Shown: positions 39,300-52,424 of the stretch, one piece after another
How the letters are laid out: every line of letters begins with the position of its first letter
Position numbering within the stretch: position 1 is the first letter of the stretch
Source: Raillietiella orientalis
Lineage: Eukaryota
DNA: 64,000 bases
Direction of reading: 5' to 3'
NCBI GenBank assembly: GCA_036172245.1
Contig: JAYWIR010000008.1
Span: 1,736,001-1,800,000, forward strand
Translations under genes and position numbers: made by a program
Notes under the pieces: generated by a model
Databases searched by the model: none
What the model was told of the DNA's origin: nothing
Seen by the model: only the letters and a program-made list of their open reading frames with translations

Positions 39300-42200
39300 C
39301 GTTAAAGAGGGATGAAAGCGAATTAGAGGAAGTGTTTTCGATTGTGAGCGTGTTCCAGCTCCTCTTGAGACGCTCTTCAGTTACCTGCAGTGACCTTTAC
39401 GGTGATTCCGGTTGGCGTTTCGAAAACTTTGCCCGAACGCACCATTTGTGTTCCGCAGTGCTCCACCTGTTGCTTGGATTCTTTCAATCCCTCGAATCTA
39501 AATTCTTTCTTGCATCTTGAGATCTTCCCGCGGCGATCGCTCTCGCATTAGCGGTCACCGATTTAGAGGTGAAGTGGACAGTCGGCTCCTCCTCCATCTG
39601 CCATTCCTCTTGCAGCTGTGTTGACTCACACGCAAGGCCAGAGCGCTCGGCACAACTGTCCCCTCTTTGACCATTTCAAGGAGACACGTAGGAGGTTTAT
39701 CCTCGGACCCGCGTAAGACTTCTGGGATGCGGTAGGGTCCCCTTTAGGAAATGGAGCAACTCCCTCCCCCCATCCTCGCCGGGCTGCAACCGCTTTGTCT
39801 GAATTGTATTCCTACGCATGGCTGCCAGTTGGCGCAGCACGCTCTGGGAGTTCGCCAGCCATCCCTTCGGCCCCTCGATATCCGGAATGGCTCCGCCATC
39901 TTCGACTCATCCTTCCCGAAATCAACGTGGCGACGAATTTTTAAAACTAGGGGTTCTCCTGGGAAAAGCCGAAGTCTGTCTTCATGTGCTGAGCATCTGA
40001 GAAGATTTAAAATCGAAAGGAAGAGAGACCAAGCGCTTTTCGTGTTCCTCAAGGGTGAGAAGCTTTCCCAGGAAGAAGTGGAAAAAACACTCGAGTGCCG
40101 AGGAAAGCAGGCAGGTAAGAAATTCAATGGAGCAGGAAGGGTCGAGTGAAAGATACCCGTCCTTGAGAAGCAGTCTTTCTCTGAAGAGAACTGAAGAGAG
40201 GGGAACAAGAAGGTATTCCAGGTTTGAAAACTGAGAGTGCAGAGCCCGCTCGAGAGTGACCGCTAAAGGAGAGCAGTGCTGCTCCCAGACACGCGCTGCA
40301 GTACTTCAACGACTGCTAACCGAATTAGACTCTTTCTCTTTAATGGAATCTCTTAACCCAGCCCGGAGTTCCCTCTGAGCTGAAAAGGAACTTTCTCCAA
40401 GATTCCCATCATGATAAATGAGGTTGGAAAGGAAGGAACGAATCGCTGTTTGCTTGAATCCAGCCTGATCAAGCACATTCGCTTGACCACTCTGACCTGA
40501 CTTTTCCAAACTCTTTCCTCTCGTCCTCGTAAAGTGATGCTCGATATACTTCCATAGCAAGAAGGTGCCGATTGCGGAGCACGAGGTGAGAGTCAGCATC
40601 AGTCGGAGACAGGGCCGCTGCTACCACCGTATGCGGAATCCCGCGTGCATGCAGGAAGCACTCAGAACTGGAGAGGACACGGAAGGCACTTTTCTGCATC
40701 TCGGGCTGAGTGGTGCTCCGGTACTCTCCTACCCGCGCGAGGGGCACTGACTGAGCTTCGGCTCACGGCTGGAGTGCGTGGAGCCCCAAACTGAGGATTC
40801 CACCGGCTGGTCGGCGGTCCCAGATTTGATGCCTCTTCCGTCTGTGCCAATTTCCCCTGACCAGGTGAACGCTTGCTCCTGAAGTTCGTGGTCAAGGAAA
40901 TCATTTCTCCAATGCGCACGGAACTCTTTCCTCTTTTTGTCAAGGGCTTTGAAGATGCACGTGGGAAGGTGGTGGTGCTACCAAGGTGATCAGTCATTTT
41001 TTGTTTATTGTTTTTTATCTTGACTTAACCTGAGCAGCTCTAAACATGGACAGTTACAGATGCAACGGATTCGGTGAGAAGAATTCGGTGTCTCCGAGAA
41101 CTGCCGCCATCTCTCAAAAATACCTTGCGCTCCGAAACGATCCGAAGTTTTTGAAACAGCCACGGATTCTATCAAACACATCAGTAAAGACAAGCGAGAA
41201 ACTGCGGAACACAAAAAAGCAAAACCCCGGTGTGGAAGAGACGCTTGGAAGTCTACGTGCATGCTCTGCTAAGCTGCTGTTGGCACACTTCCGTTCCCAT
41301 GCTGTCATTGGACGTCTCTCAGCCAGATTACCCCGATTTCGTCGTAGAAAGGCACCACAACTCTATTGCTTCCGGGAATCCCTTGTACCACTCCCTGGAG
41401 GAGGAATTTGTGTTTGCATCCCCAAGAAGCGGGAGCATTCTTTGGTGGGAGACCTGGTCTCTGGACATGGAAGCCAGTCCACCGTGTGTCGCTGGTGATG
41501 AATGGAAAGCCATTAAAGAAGTTTTCGGTAAACCGGAGAGAGGGTTGAAGTCTCTCTCAGGAGGGCTTATCGTTTCGCATCCAGGATGGATGATTGTGAG
41601 CAAAATGAATGTTAACGGGAAGTATCTATCTTCCATCCATCTTTTAACTGCAGCTGCTTGACTACTCTTGTAATGAAGACGCCTCTTGTAACGTATACTT
41701 CCCCTTGATCGGTTTCTCTCGCAAATTGTACCACGTCACATGAATCAGCTTTCGTTCCCGAGGTGTGCCCACTCTAAGCAAATCCTGTAGACGTTTCTGT
41801 CTGCGCCATGGCTTGCCGGAATTCAAGAGTAGAGTGAATCGATTTAATGCTTCTAAAGCCTCAGCTGCATCGCGTTATTTGAATATGGAAGATGAAAAAG
41901 AATGCATATAAGAATTCAGCTAGTCTGCGTGCTTAGCAACTGGAAAATTGGCAATTTATCATTGTAACGGAATAAGCTGAAGCTTTTCGAAGAATCATCT
42001 GTTTAAGAAGGAGCTGCAAATTTATTTTCGAAAGGAAGCTTCCGTAAACCGCCGTTTGCATCCGCAGCTTGTATCTTGATCGGTGGTCGGCTGCATCTGT
42101 ATCCAGTCATTTCCCAGAAGATTAATACCGAATCCTCATCGAAAAGTGGAAAAGGGAGCTTCATGTCTGATGCGATTTTCCTTTATTACTAATTCAAGAA

Positions 42201-43670
42201 TTAGTTCCTTGGATGTTTCCAGCATCCAAGAAACTCAGAATTTTTTGGAGAAACCACGAGCACTCGGGCCATTCAGTGTTTCAGTTAACCTTCTGCAAGT
42301 CCCGATGAGTGTCATAAACCGGCCTCTTCCCGATGCCTGGAATTTCCTAGGGAGCGAGAGGAGATGAACACTTCCGGGTGCGCTTTTCCGCTTCGACAGG
42401 CAACATTCGTTTGCAGCAGATTGGAAGCGAAATTGCAAATCAAGATGAACTTTCTCGGAGAGATATGTGCCAACACTGATGAGGAACAGTGCACGTGCAG
42501 CGATTTGTGTCATTTGGCAGCTGATCGGTTCATGCCAGCACGGGTTTTCTCAGAATGAAACTGCGGAACTCATGGAAGGCCTAATACTTGCGGGAAGAAC
42601 GGGGGCTTCGGCTGGCAGCAGCGCCCGCACCCGGTGCCGCGCCGATGGGGTGTCGGTCCGACAGACAGGTCACTCTCCGTGCTCGACGCTGCCTGACCAA
42701 CCCCACCAATCGCCCCAGTCGCACTCTTCGGGAGCGCGCGACGCCCCAAGAGCATGCTTGCAAGAATTCGGATGGACGAGAAAGGTTGCCGCAGGCACGC
42801 ACGCTACGGCCACTGGCCAAGGAACGAGCGGACGCCAAGACGAACCGCAAGGATATCCGCTACGTGGGAAGCCTCAGTTTCCTCGATGAAAGCTTTTCCT
42901 GTTTGCACTCATGGTCCGATGATGTGCGCCTCCACGGGTGGTCCTCGTTGAGCAACATCCTGATCCGTGTGCCTCCGAGTGCCCTCGTGCGGCGACTGAT
43001 GCTCGGGTCTTGGCTCCGGACGACAGAATGGTTCGGACGCACGGCTTTTCTTTCGCTGTTCCTCGTGAGGCATGGCGGTCGGTGGCCCAAACGGGGGAGA
43101 ATGCTGGTGGCCACAATCGAGCAAATGGTCCAAAGCCTCCCGCGAGCTCCAGACTCCGCTGGATGACGGCTAACAATATCAGCATGCTGATGGTGCCGAG
43201 AAGAGATAATAAAAGGGTGGCAAACGTGGCTGACAGAGTCGAAGAAGCGGTGCGAGCGATTCCCTTTTCTTTATCGCTCGGTTCCCGTTGAGGCAGTGAG
43301 GTTCCCCAGCGAGGAGGCGAGTCGCTGAAGTTCCGAATTCGGTGCTCTCTTGCATCCCTGCGTAGGGGAGGGTGTCGCATCTCCTGCAGATGGAGGACGC
43401 GACTCGAACGGGTGCGAGCCCCGGAGTGCCGCCCTTGAAGGTGCTTGCGATTCGGTGGGCGCCCGATTTGTCTCCGGACATTCGCGCCAGCACTTGAAGG
43501 GGGGGAACATGGAGAGGAGGTCGCTGTTGCTTCCGCGCCGCAGAGGGAACGCATCTTCCTCGACTGGCGCATTCTCTTCCTTCTTGAGCGAAGAAGGCAG
43601 CAAGGAATGCGAATTCATTCCCGTCACCGCTCTCTTCCTTTTTTTCTTCGAGGGTGATTTTCAATCTCAT
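39300..43670 (-). mobile_element. Degenerate RLE retrotransposon (5' part lies in duplication A; RT to C-terminus)
   Basis: RRPMTAW (motif 1), TTTFPRASSKPLTKRGKSSVRIGEMIS (motif B), GIKSGTADQ (like YADD), LIYHDGNLG, LRTNLL, in order. Confidence 0.65.
42577..43667 (+). repeat. 1091-bp direct duplication, copy A
   Basis: Nearly identical to 52425-53515 (offset 9848). I counted about 5 transitions and no indels; the ORF tracks are near-identical. Confidence 0.97.
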
Positions 43671-45999
43671 TTCTGATCTTGATTTAGTGTACATTTGAAA
43701 AGTATGTACATTGGAATTGAATCACCTTCTAAGGAATTTTTCTGCCCTTGGCAGGTTCACAAAGGCCTAGTAAATTGATTGCCCGTTTTCAGAGAGTCCC
43801 GCAGGACGGGGTTCACAAGTTCAGTTGCACGAAGACGTCATCAAGGCGGAAGGGCTGACCCACACCGGCTGAGGTGGACGATTCTGCAGAGAATGTCCTT
43901 TTCGCGCTCGAAATTCTCAGTTTCGAATGCGTATGCTCAAGTCTCATTTTCCTTCATGAGAGCCTGCTCGGCCATGAGTCACGACTTGTCTCGTTCCATT
44001 GGACTAAGACATATCGGATGAATCGCCTTGACAAGTCGTCGACGTGCTTCAGAGTTTCCAGAAGAAAAAAAAAAAAAAGGGAAAGTCAGCTAAGATGGCA
44101 ACCAGAGAGCGAACAGATAAACAGAAGACTGCGAAAGGAGATGTACAATGCAGGATCATCGGAGCTTTTCCTGCAGCGTCTCGTCTGATTTCGGAATGGG
44201 AAGCGAACTCGTTCGTGTTGACCGCGTTCCTTCTGGACTGCCATCAGCGCTGGTCGCAAGCTGAGATCTATGCTGCTGCAGGAACGTCTCCGGCAATCAT
44301 GCAGTCCGGTCCGCGCTCTGAGTTTTCCTGCGGAACACTTTTATAGAGCTCCATCTTCCTCTGCATCGTCGGAACTTCTCCCCGTGTGCGCTTCCACAGG
44401 AGGTGGACGTTGACAGCGAAAGCGACGAGCGTCAGGATGGTGTTCGTTCGTATCTTTCTCGACAGCAGCGGCGGACAACAGATAAAACACACGTGTTTAT
44501 TATCTGCCGGCAAACAGACCTACGTGGATGCTCGCGGCAGTACATAAGGGTGCCCAAGAGGTGGTCATTCTTCTGGATTCACGAGTGACGCTTGGCAGGA
44601 ATTGCTCCCCCTCAGCTCGGGGACAGCTTTGAGGTTGGCCTACTGAGCAGCCGCTAAACCCCTCATTTCTAAATCACAATCGCCATCATCTTTCTCTGTT
44701 TTGCTGCTGCAGCGCAAATCCTGCTCCAAATTACGCTATCAGGGTTTCCTCGTGCCGCTTAAAAAAAGCATGGTGTCTTTGATTGATTCCTGTGTGTCTT
44801 CGCTTTTCCGCATTTCACGTAGGGAGTTTCTGAAAAACTGGAGCGAATCTTTGCAAAAAAAAATATAAAATAACTCCGCTCTCCTCTAACGGAAAGCTAC
44901 AGGAAAATCAGCTCCTCGTCCCTTTTCGAGCGGTACTTTCCTTCCCGCAGTAGGAGGAAATACTTTTCCTTATCGATAGGAGGCATTCGAAGCAGTCCCT
45001 AAGAAGAAATTACCTAATAAATCATGAAGGTGCCGAATTCTTCGATGGCTCCTAATTGAGTCTTTGGATCACAGATTTTTTCTCGCAGAGATTAATCAAC
45101 GATCCTCTTGTTCATCCGCGCTCCTGCAGAAAAGGGAGGTATTCTCTGAGACCTTCCATGCGTTCCAGCTCGAGGACATGACCGCCTCCAGCGCGCAGGT
45201 AGGTCCCCCCCTGCTTTTTTCTTCCGCTGCAAGGAACGCCCTCCTCCCAGGCAGTGACTGCGCGTCGGCGGCAGAAGTTTTGCAGTGCCTTTGCTCCTTT
45301 TGCAAGCCCCCCGGAGGCAGCAGCCAACCACTTCCGCCGGGCCTCTCTCGCCTGCCTGCAGCTACCGAATCCCTAGGTCAACAGCGTCTTTTTTTCTTCG
45401 CCGCGCGCCATCCGGAGTTTTGCTTTTGGGGGACGAGGACTCGAGTAGGCCTCTCGGAATGGGAAGCGCTCCCCTCTGTGAAACAAATCACTTGAGAAGA
45501 CGAGGTCACTGTTTCTTCAGGATTTTCTTTAAAATTTCCAATACAAGCCCAATGCTGCATCCGGCTTAACGCTAATATGGAGGAGTAGGGAGAGAGAGGG
45601 GGGGAGGGAATCCAATCTCGTGAGGAGCTTGCGAAAGGGAAACATTTCTTCGTGTTCTACATGATGCTGAATCCACAGGAAATCTTTTTTTTTTTTTGGC
45701 TCTTCGGGCTGTTATGACAAGAGAAATTTATGCCGCGACTGGTACGAAAGCAAGAAAAGGACCAGCACAAAGAGGAAGTTCGTGAACTTCCTCGGTCAGC
45801 ACGCGAGAAGGGGCTCTCTCCCTGAATGGTTGGATTCCCGATGCGGAGACCATCCTTGCAGGCAAGACGCACCGAAGACAGAAGCGCATGCGGCGTTGCG
45901 TGGTCACGTGCGTGCACTATGGACTCCAGGCAGCAAGGAGAAGGGCAGAGCTGGTTCACCAGACGACTCACCCGCTGCTTGAAGAACGGTATTCTGGAA

Positions 46000-47900
46000 G
46001 TGCTTCTCTCGCAGGGGCAGGAAGAAGGGAGGGGGGGGATTACGACTCCTTAATCGAGTTTGAGGAGACACGCGCACCTCGTATTCAATTAAACCCCAAA
46101 GTCTTTGATCGCGTTAGCGCGTTACCGCGCTCCAGACGGGAACAAAACTATGGGCGCGAAACTTGGCGAACAGGAGACATTGATTTCTTCTTCCCGAGCC
46201 CCTGCTCCTGCATATCCGGATCTTTCTGAGGGAGCCCGGCGAGCTCGCAACCGCCCCTCCTTTCGAAAGCTCGCCGCGATTCCTGCGTCCCGAGTCGGCA
46301 CCTCGGGATTTGAAACCGTCAGGTGTCGGGGAGATGAAAGTCCATCCATTTCTCTCCGCGGACGCAGAAAGACCCCGATGCTGCTCAGCTTCCCCGATCA
46401 GGAGGAAATGAAGTTCTTCTGGGGAGATGAAAGCGGTGCAATCGAGTCATCTGGAAACACTCAGAGCTCTGCGTCACGCTGGCTAAGGTTTGCACGCTGG
46501 GAGCTAGCTCGCGGCCCGTGACTCTAATTGGCCACTCGGCTCCAGCTCTGGGATGACGGTAGACCGGACAGACCAAGAGAAGGCAATCCCACGCACTGGG
46601 GACCATCGAGACTCGAGGGAGTTTCTGTTTAACAGCAAACGTCTTCGGTTCGTGGGCTGCAAACTGATCCGTGAGGTACGATCCAACCCTCTTCCTGGCC
46701 GAAGAGCACAACAGGTGCATCCGCAGTGTGATCACGACCCGGCCCCCAATTAGCCTCTTCCTGGAACGGATCCGAAGCTGAAGCCACATCTAGTCCTTCG
46801 AGACGAAGAAAAGATAGTCGTGCTGGATGCCACTTGCAAGCATCTAGCAGCAGCACGGGAAGAAGGAGGGCAAGTACTCCACTTCATCTCAAGAGTAACG
46901 TCTGCGGCCGTGAGAACGGCCATCACAGCAAGCCTGGAATCTTGTTGTACAACAAATGACGGAATGATGAGAGACATATTGAAGACTTTGGAGAAACACA
47001 GGGGTCTCCTGAGGCAGGAGATGAAAGACTCGAGCTTTTAGCATTCCCAGGGAGGCATGGATTGGGTGATTGCAGTAGTCAAAGGATCCTCGGCAGTCAC
47101 AAGACGAGTTAGAGAGGCGAGAGGCAGGTGGAGATGGCTCTCTCTCCTCCATCTGTCTGTTTGTCTGCTTTTAACTTGGTGCAATCAACGGAAAGTCGAA
47201 CTCTAACGTTTTGGAGATAGGTATTCTTTACTTGACCACGGGACACGGCCACGTGAGTACCAGAAGCCTCCTTTTCTTCCTCAGGATTCCGGAGTAGACG
47301 AAAAGGTTTCTTCCAGGAATTCGACGCGCAACTCCCGTCGACAAAGAGAAAGCCAATGGCACGCTGCCAGTCCACTGAACAAGCATTCCCGCTTTTATCG
47401 GGACAGCCGCAACTCCGCCATCACCATGCTGTTCTCGAAAAGCCGAAAGATCCCGTAAGTCGATGGGATAAGTCTGTTCTTCCTGGGAGGAACTCCGGAA
47501 GAGAATGGGGAGGCGTTCCATGTTGACAAGCACGCTGGCGAACCAGGCCAGAAGCTGCAGGAGGAAGACGAAAGGGAAGCACATGGTTCCCAAGGTAACG
47601 AGCGAATCAGAGAAAATCATACTGGTGCATGGATCGCCGTTTTGAACTTCCAGAGTGTGTGGCCCGCTCAACATCTAAGCGTTACCCTGAGATTTCTCCA
47701 CAAACCCTCTGGGGAGATCGAAATTTCATCCTGATGATGTTTTTCCTCTTAGTCTTGCTGTTGCTGAGCTTTTTGCTCGCGGAAGGCGCACAATTTATCG
47801 GGAATTGCAGGACCTCTTGCTTGGAATAACCCTCCATCTTCTATCCTCCTGATCAATTAAAACTTTCCTGAGGCAGAGTGACAGGATAATACCAACTCAT
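46000..47900 (-). mobile_element. Degenerate R2-like element (RT C-half to knuckle)
   Basis: TLEVQNGDPCTSMIFSDSLVTL (motif B), LLAWFASVLV (like LAFADDLV), VASASDPFQEEANW, ITLRMHLL. Confidence 0.65.
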
Positions 47901-48649
47901 CCTCTTGCCTGCACAGACCCATAAATAATATCATTCTCCCCCCCCTTTTCCTCCTCTTCCTTCTTCCTCTTCCTTTTCTTCCGCCTCAGTCGAGCATCGT
48001 GCAGACCTAAATCTGTGCCCCCTAATCTCCGGGAAGTGGGATCTGGTGAGGAATTGTCTCGTCAAAAGCGGACTGTTTCAGAACGAGAAGAATCGTCCAG
48101 AGGGAAATTTCTAACGGTTTATAAGCGTCTCACATTCTAACGTCGATGCGTTCCTCACGTCTCAGCGGCTGCTATCGGATCTTTATGTGCCCGGCATCAG
48201 TATTCCACGAGAATTTTTCGTGGTCCATGAAATTTCGGCCCAGTGGCGACGTGAATTGATCCGCTGGGTTTCCGTTTCCGTAGTCTTCAGTATTTTTTCT
48301 TCATCTAGGTGTTCCTTTCGATTCCTCATAGGTGGCACATAGCAGCAATTGTGCTTTTTTCTTCCGTGGAAGTGTGTCCACGGCTGGCATCCGAACGCTT
48401 GCTCCTTTCCTTGTGATTGCAGCAGTTCCCACTATCCCGCTTCCCAGAGAGCTGCACTGCCTCGTTTTAGGAAACAGTTCCTGCGTGGGAAAGGATTAAA
48501 GCGGCACGCACGAAATAGTGGCACATCAGTGAGGTTCGCCTTGGCAGTGGAGGGGAGCGGAACAAACAAAAACAAAAATAAATTAAGAAAGACTAGACAA
48601 ATATAAATTGGGGAATTTTCTTTTTAGGAGGAACGGGATGGATCACAGT

Positions 48650-49750
48650 GCGCTTGGAGGCGTCCTCTGCATCCTTTCAAGGATTCCGGCAAGTTCCATC
48701 TGCATGCTTCCCAAGTGAGGTCATCTGGCTGCTGTCTGCAGGAAGCGAATAGCGAACTGGATGGGCGTGCCTTTCATTTCATCCTTTTTCGGCCTCGCTC
48801 CAGGCAGCCACAGTTCCGCGAATGCAGCAGAGAGCTGCTAAGGAAGCGGTTGGCCACAGCGCATCTCGCACGAATAGAAGTCTGAAAACTTCCCTGGGGC
48901 TGACAACCGGGATATGGAGAGTCGTGCTCAAACGTTGCTATAAAGGCTGGAGGGCAACGCAGTCCACAAGCAGGTGTGGGAGGGATTCTCTCTCTCCGCT
49001 TGCACTAATGATCTCGGAGATAGAAATGTGCCCTCTGCACCATCTGGATAGAGTCCCCCTTTCCGAGGTGATGCGGTGCTAGAAAAGTGATTCACTCACC
49101 TTCCGCCTCCTTGGGCAAGGTCACCGTGCTCCATCCGAAAGTCCAAGATTCACACTTTGGAAACGCTGTGAGATGCCATTGCGGCCCCTCTGTACCCCGT
49201 TCTTCACCCAGCATGCAGACGCATCCACACTGACGAAGATTGAGCTGCGTGAGACCGACCGTGTTACTGGCGGGACGGAGAGCAAACACATGGAAACGCT
49301 CTGTGGCTACTCACGGCTAACTACCTCTGCTTTTGATGTATTGGCACAAAGCCTCATGTGCAACTCACACCATCCTTCATCCTTGCACTGAACCTTCCAG
49401 CAGATCACGGCAAGAGTTCGTTCCGTCCGTCGGCCACGGAGAGATGGAGAAGCTTGTATTCTTCTCATCCATGTGTTTCTCGGTGATACATAGAAGTGTA
49501 GGACAAAGCAGAACACATGTCATGTTAGTTGAGCAGCGGACCTCGAATCGAATGTCAGCAGTCTTAAAAAAAAATCTTGCTGGTAGGGTGCCACTCCCAG
49601 GTCGTAACTCCATCATTTCGTGTCAATGTGGGGAAGGAAGATCCCGATGCAGGGAAAATGCACAGGAGATCCGGGATGATGAAGGACTCTGGATGCATCA
49701 GAAGATCTCTCAAACTGTGTATTTGTTATTGCTTAGATTTACAATTATAC
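48650..49750 (+). mobile_element. Degenerate R4/Dong-like RT fragment
   Basis: CGRDSLSPLALM (like QGDSLSPL), HHPSS..LPADHGK (like HHP..RLYLPR..GG), RCRENAQE / DSGC. Confidence 0.45.
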
Positions 49751-51213
49751 GACACGGTACAGGAAGGGGGTTTTGGCATCCTTCCTGAATTTCTCCTCTG
49801 TTCATCTGGGACGCTCGTCGCTCCTCAGCATGTCTCTTCCTCGCTCTTTCCTGTTCCTCCTTCCTGTTCTTCGTCTCGCGAGAGCTGATCGCTGGAGTTC
49901 TCCGGCTGCATCTGATTGTCAGTCTTTCGTGTGACACATGAACTGCATAAATGCCACTGGAGTATCGGATGCACGGAGCCACCATCCGGTGTCACATCGT
50001 CAACAAGTGCTTTTTCGGAATTCCAAGATCCTGGAGCACTTCTTCGTTACCTGGATCCCAGGCACTCAGAGAGCCAACGATGAAAGCATGAACTCTGCAT
50101 TGCTTCCCCCCTCTGCTTAGCTGTAGGAAAAAGCAGGAAAAGTATAAACTTTTCCTGCTTTTTCCTCCTAGATGTGCTGAACGCCTCTTTACCACCCTCG
50201 TACGGGCAGCAGACGTCCATCATTATTATCCGGTTTCCTTTCCTCATCACTAAGTCCGTTCTTCAGTCCGTTTACTGGCTCTCTGGTTAGTGGGAACTAG
50301 GATCTACTTTTCTTCATTCACCGCGGCCATGCTGATCATTTGTTAAATTTCATCATGTCGCGTCATGTACAGATGAAATTTCCTCTTGAATCTGTTTAAT
50401 ATATGAGATACCGTTTCGTCTTCCCTCCGGCAGCGCCGACATGCGTGTTCTGGGTTTATCCTGGTCCCAGCCCTGACTGGTGGGACTTGTAGTCGGACTG
50501 GGTGGATGAATCTGTAGTCCTGCAATCTCAGGTAATTTCCATTGGTGGGCAAGAAGCTTGAGGCGTGATGCATGTCACACACTGCATGGCTTTCCCTTGA
50601 CTAATGTATTTTTGGACTAGGAATTGCCATGAGTGTTCTCTCTGCAGTGCTCTCACCTCACCGGAGGCAAATTTTCTCCTCACGCTGCTTCTGAAGATGA
50701 TGCCGTCGACCGTTATTACGGGATCTCCATTAGCAAATTTCCGGCGGGCTTCTGTTCTTCAGATCCCTCAGGTTGTGTAGCTTTTATTACTCGGGAGGTT
50801 TCAGGTTGTTTTCATTGCTGTTTCTTATTATTTTTATTCCAGAGCGAATGAGGGGAAAGAGACACTCCTCCGGCAGATAAGAAGGTTTCATTGGTGCATT
50901 TCGGAAGTGGCTCACAAAGAACAAAACCCAGGTTCGCTACCGTGTCACTTGAAAACGCTTGCGCAGCAACACCCTCTCTTTAAACGCGGCAGAGAAAGGC
51001 AACCCGGAAGATCTCTGAAGCCTCCGTACTGTACTCCGTGTGGAGATACAAACAATTTAATCTGTGCAACCAGTTCCTCAGGCAGATAGATGGCCTTTCC
51101 GCTGCGGCGATCCTCGACCGACAGGAAGCGCGAGTTGCAATAGGAGATCTCCACAGGTCTCAACGGTGTTTGGAATCCAAAGCGCCATTTGCTAGACAAA
51201 GAGCATCTTTTGT

Positions 51214-51278
51214 TCAAATGGTCCCTATCCTTATGTTGCTTCTCAAATGGGCCCTATCCTTATGTTGCTTCTCAAATG
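51214..51278 (+). repeat. 29-bp tandem duplication, about 2.2 copies
   Basis: Unit TCAAATGG(T/G)CCCTATCCTTATGTTGCTTC. Confidence 0.95.
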
Positions 51279-52424
51279 TCCCGTAGCAGTAAGAGGGAAG
51301 ATGCACAAACCCCTGGACCGCAGAAGTGCGATTGGACTTATGACGCACGAGACATGAGCCAGTGGGGCGATTGGACTTCATTCCCTACGAGACATGTCTC
51401 GGAAGTACGTTTTGTAGGGATCTGTCGGCAGAGAGGTGCACGTTGCGTCGGGAGGGGAAAGAAGACGACATGATAATCTCTGCCGGATGCGCAGAAGAGA
51501 CAAGGAAGCGCGTGAGATTGAGTTGGATTTCTGACCGCCAACAATTTCACGATACGAGGAGAGGTCGGCTTTAATGAGGGTACTGGTAACAAGGGAGGAA
51601 CAGGAAGGAGTCCACTCCAGAGAACCAATGAATATCAGGAGAGAGAACTCGGAAGAGAAACCGACACGGTTGACCCGTGATTTCTTGTTGCGATGGGTTG
51701 CAGCGGCGGAGTACCGGAGAAAGATTCAAACGAATACAAAATCCTCCTTAGATCTGGGACAAAAGGTTCGTGAGTTCCGAACTTTTGATCAGTTTTCAAT
51801 AAACGATCCCTCCGGCAAATCGGCAACACGAGAAAGCAAATACGTTCGTAATTCCACGTGAAGATTGACGCAGATGAAGAAGGTAAGGAGTGGAAAAGAT
51901 CCCTGCAGCGAGGCTGTGTTCCGAACCAGCCAAAAGTCTCAGGGGAAGCCTTTTCGAGGTTCACATTGGGAGAGGTAAAATGGAACAGAAATCTGAAGGC
52001 ATTCTTGCTATTGGAGGCACCTCCGCTCCCTTCCGAGACTCAATGGAGACCAAGAGAGATCTGGCAAGGAAGAGAAAATCTCGTACCGAGCAGGTGTCTC
52101 GGCGGCACATCGAATCCGACAAGATGACGCGTCCTGTTGGGAAACGAAGGCGGTTAGGACTTCGAAAGCTCACGCGATGCAGGGATACACGGAGGGATAG
52201 GAGCGCATGCCGACCGGACGGATCCTTTCGACGTCCGGCTGGTGACACTGTTCCCAGATGGAGGTGTCCGTTCATCTCGTAACGAAACTGCAATGCATCT
52301 CCGGGATACATCTGCGAGTGTGCCAGATAATACTCACTGTCACACTTTCGTCTGGCACAGCTACTCTAATGATAAGCAGGAAAGGGTCCTTTTCGCAGAA
52401 GCAGCTGGAAGGGAGGGCTCCCAC

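Noticed and set aside
51214..51278. CRISPR-like repeats (also 27946-27997 and 8092-8164)
   Set aside because: These are head-to-tail duplications with about 2 units and no unique spacers, in a eukaryotic context.
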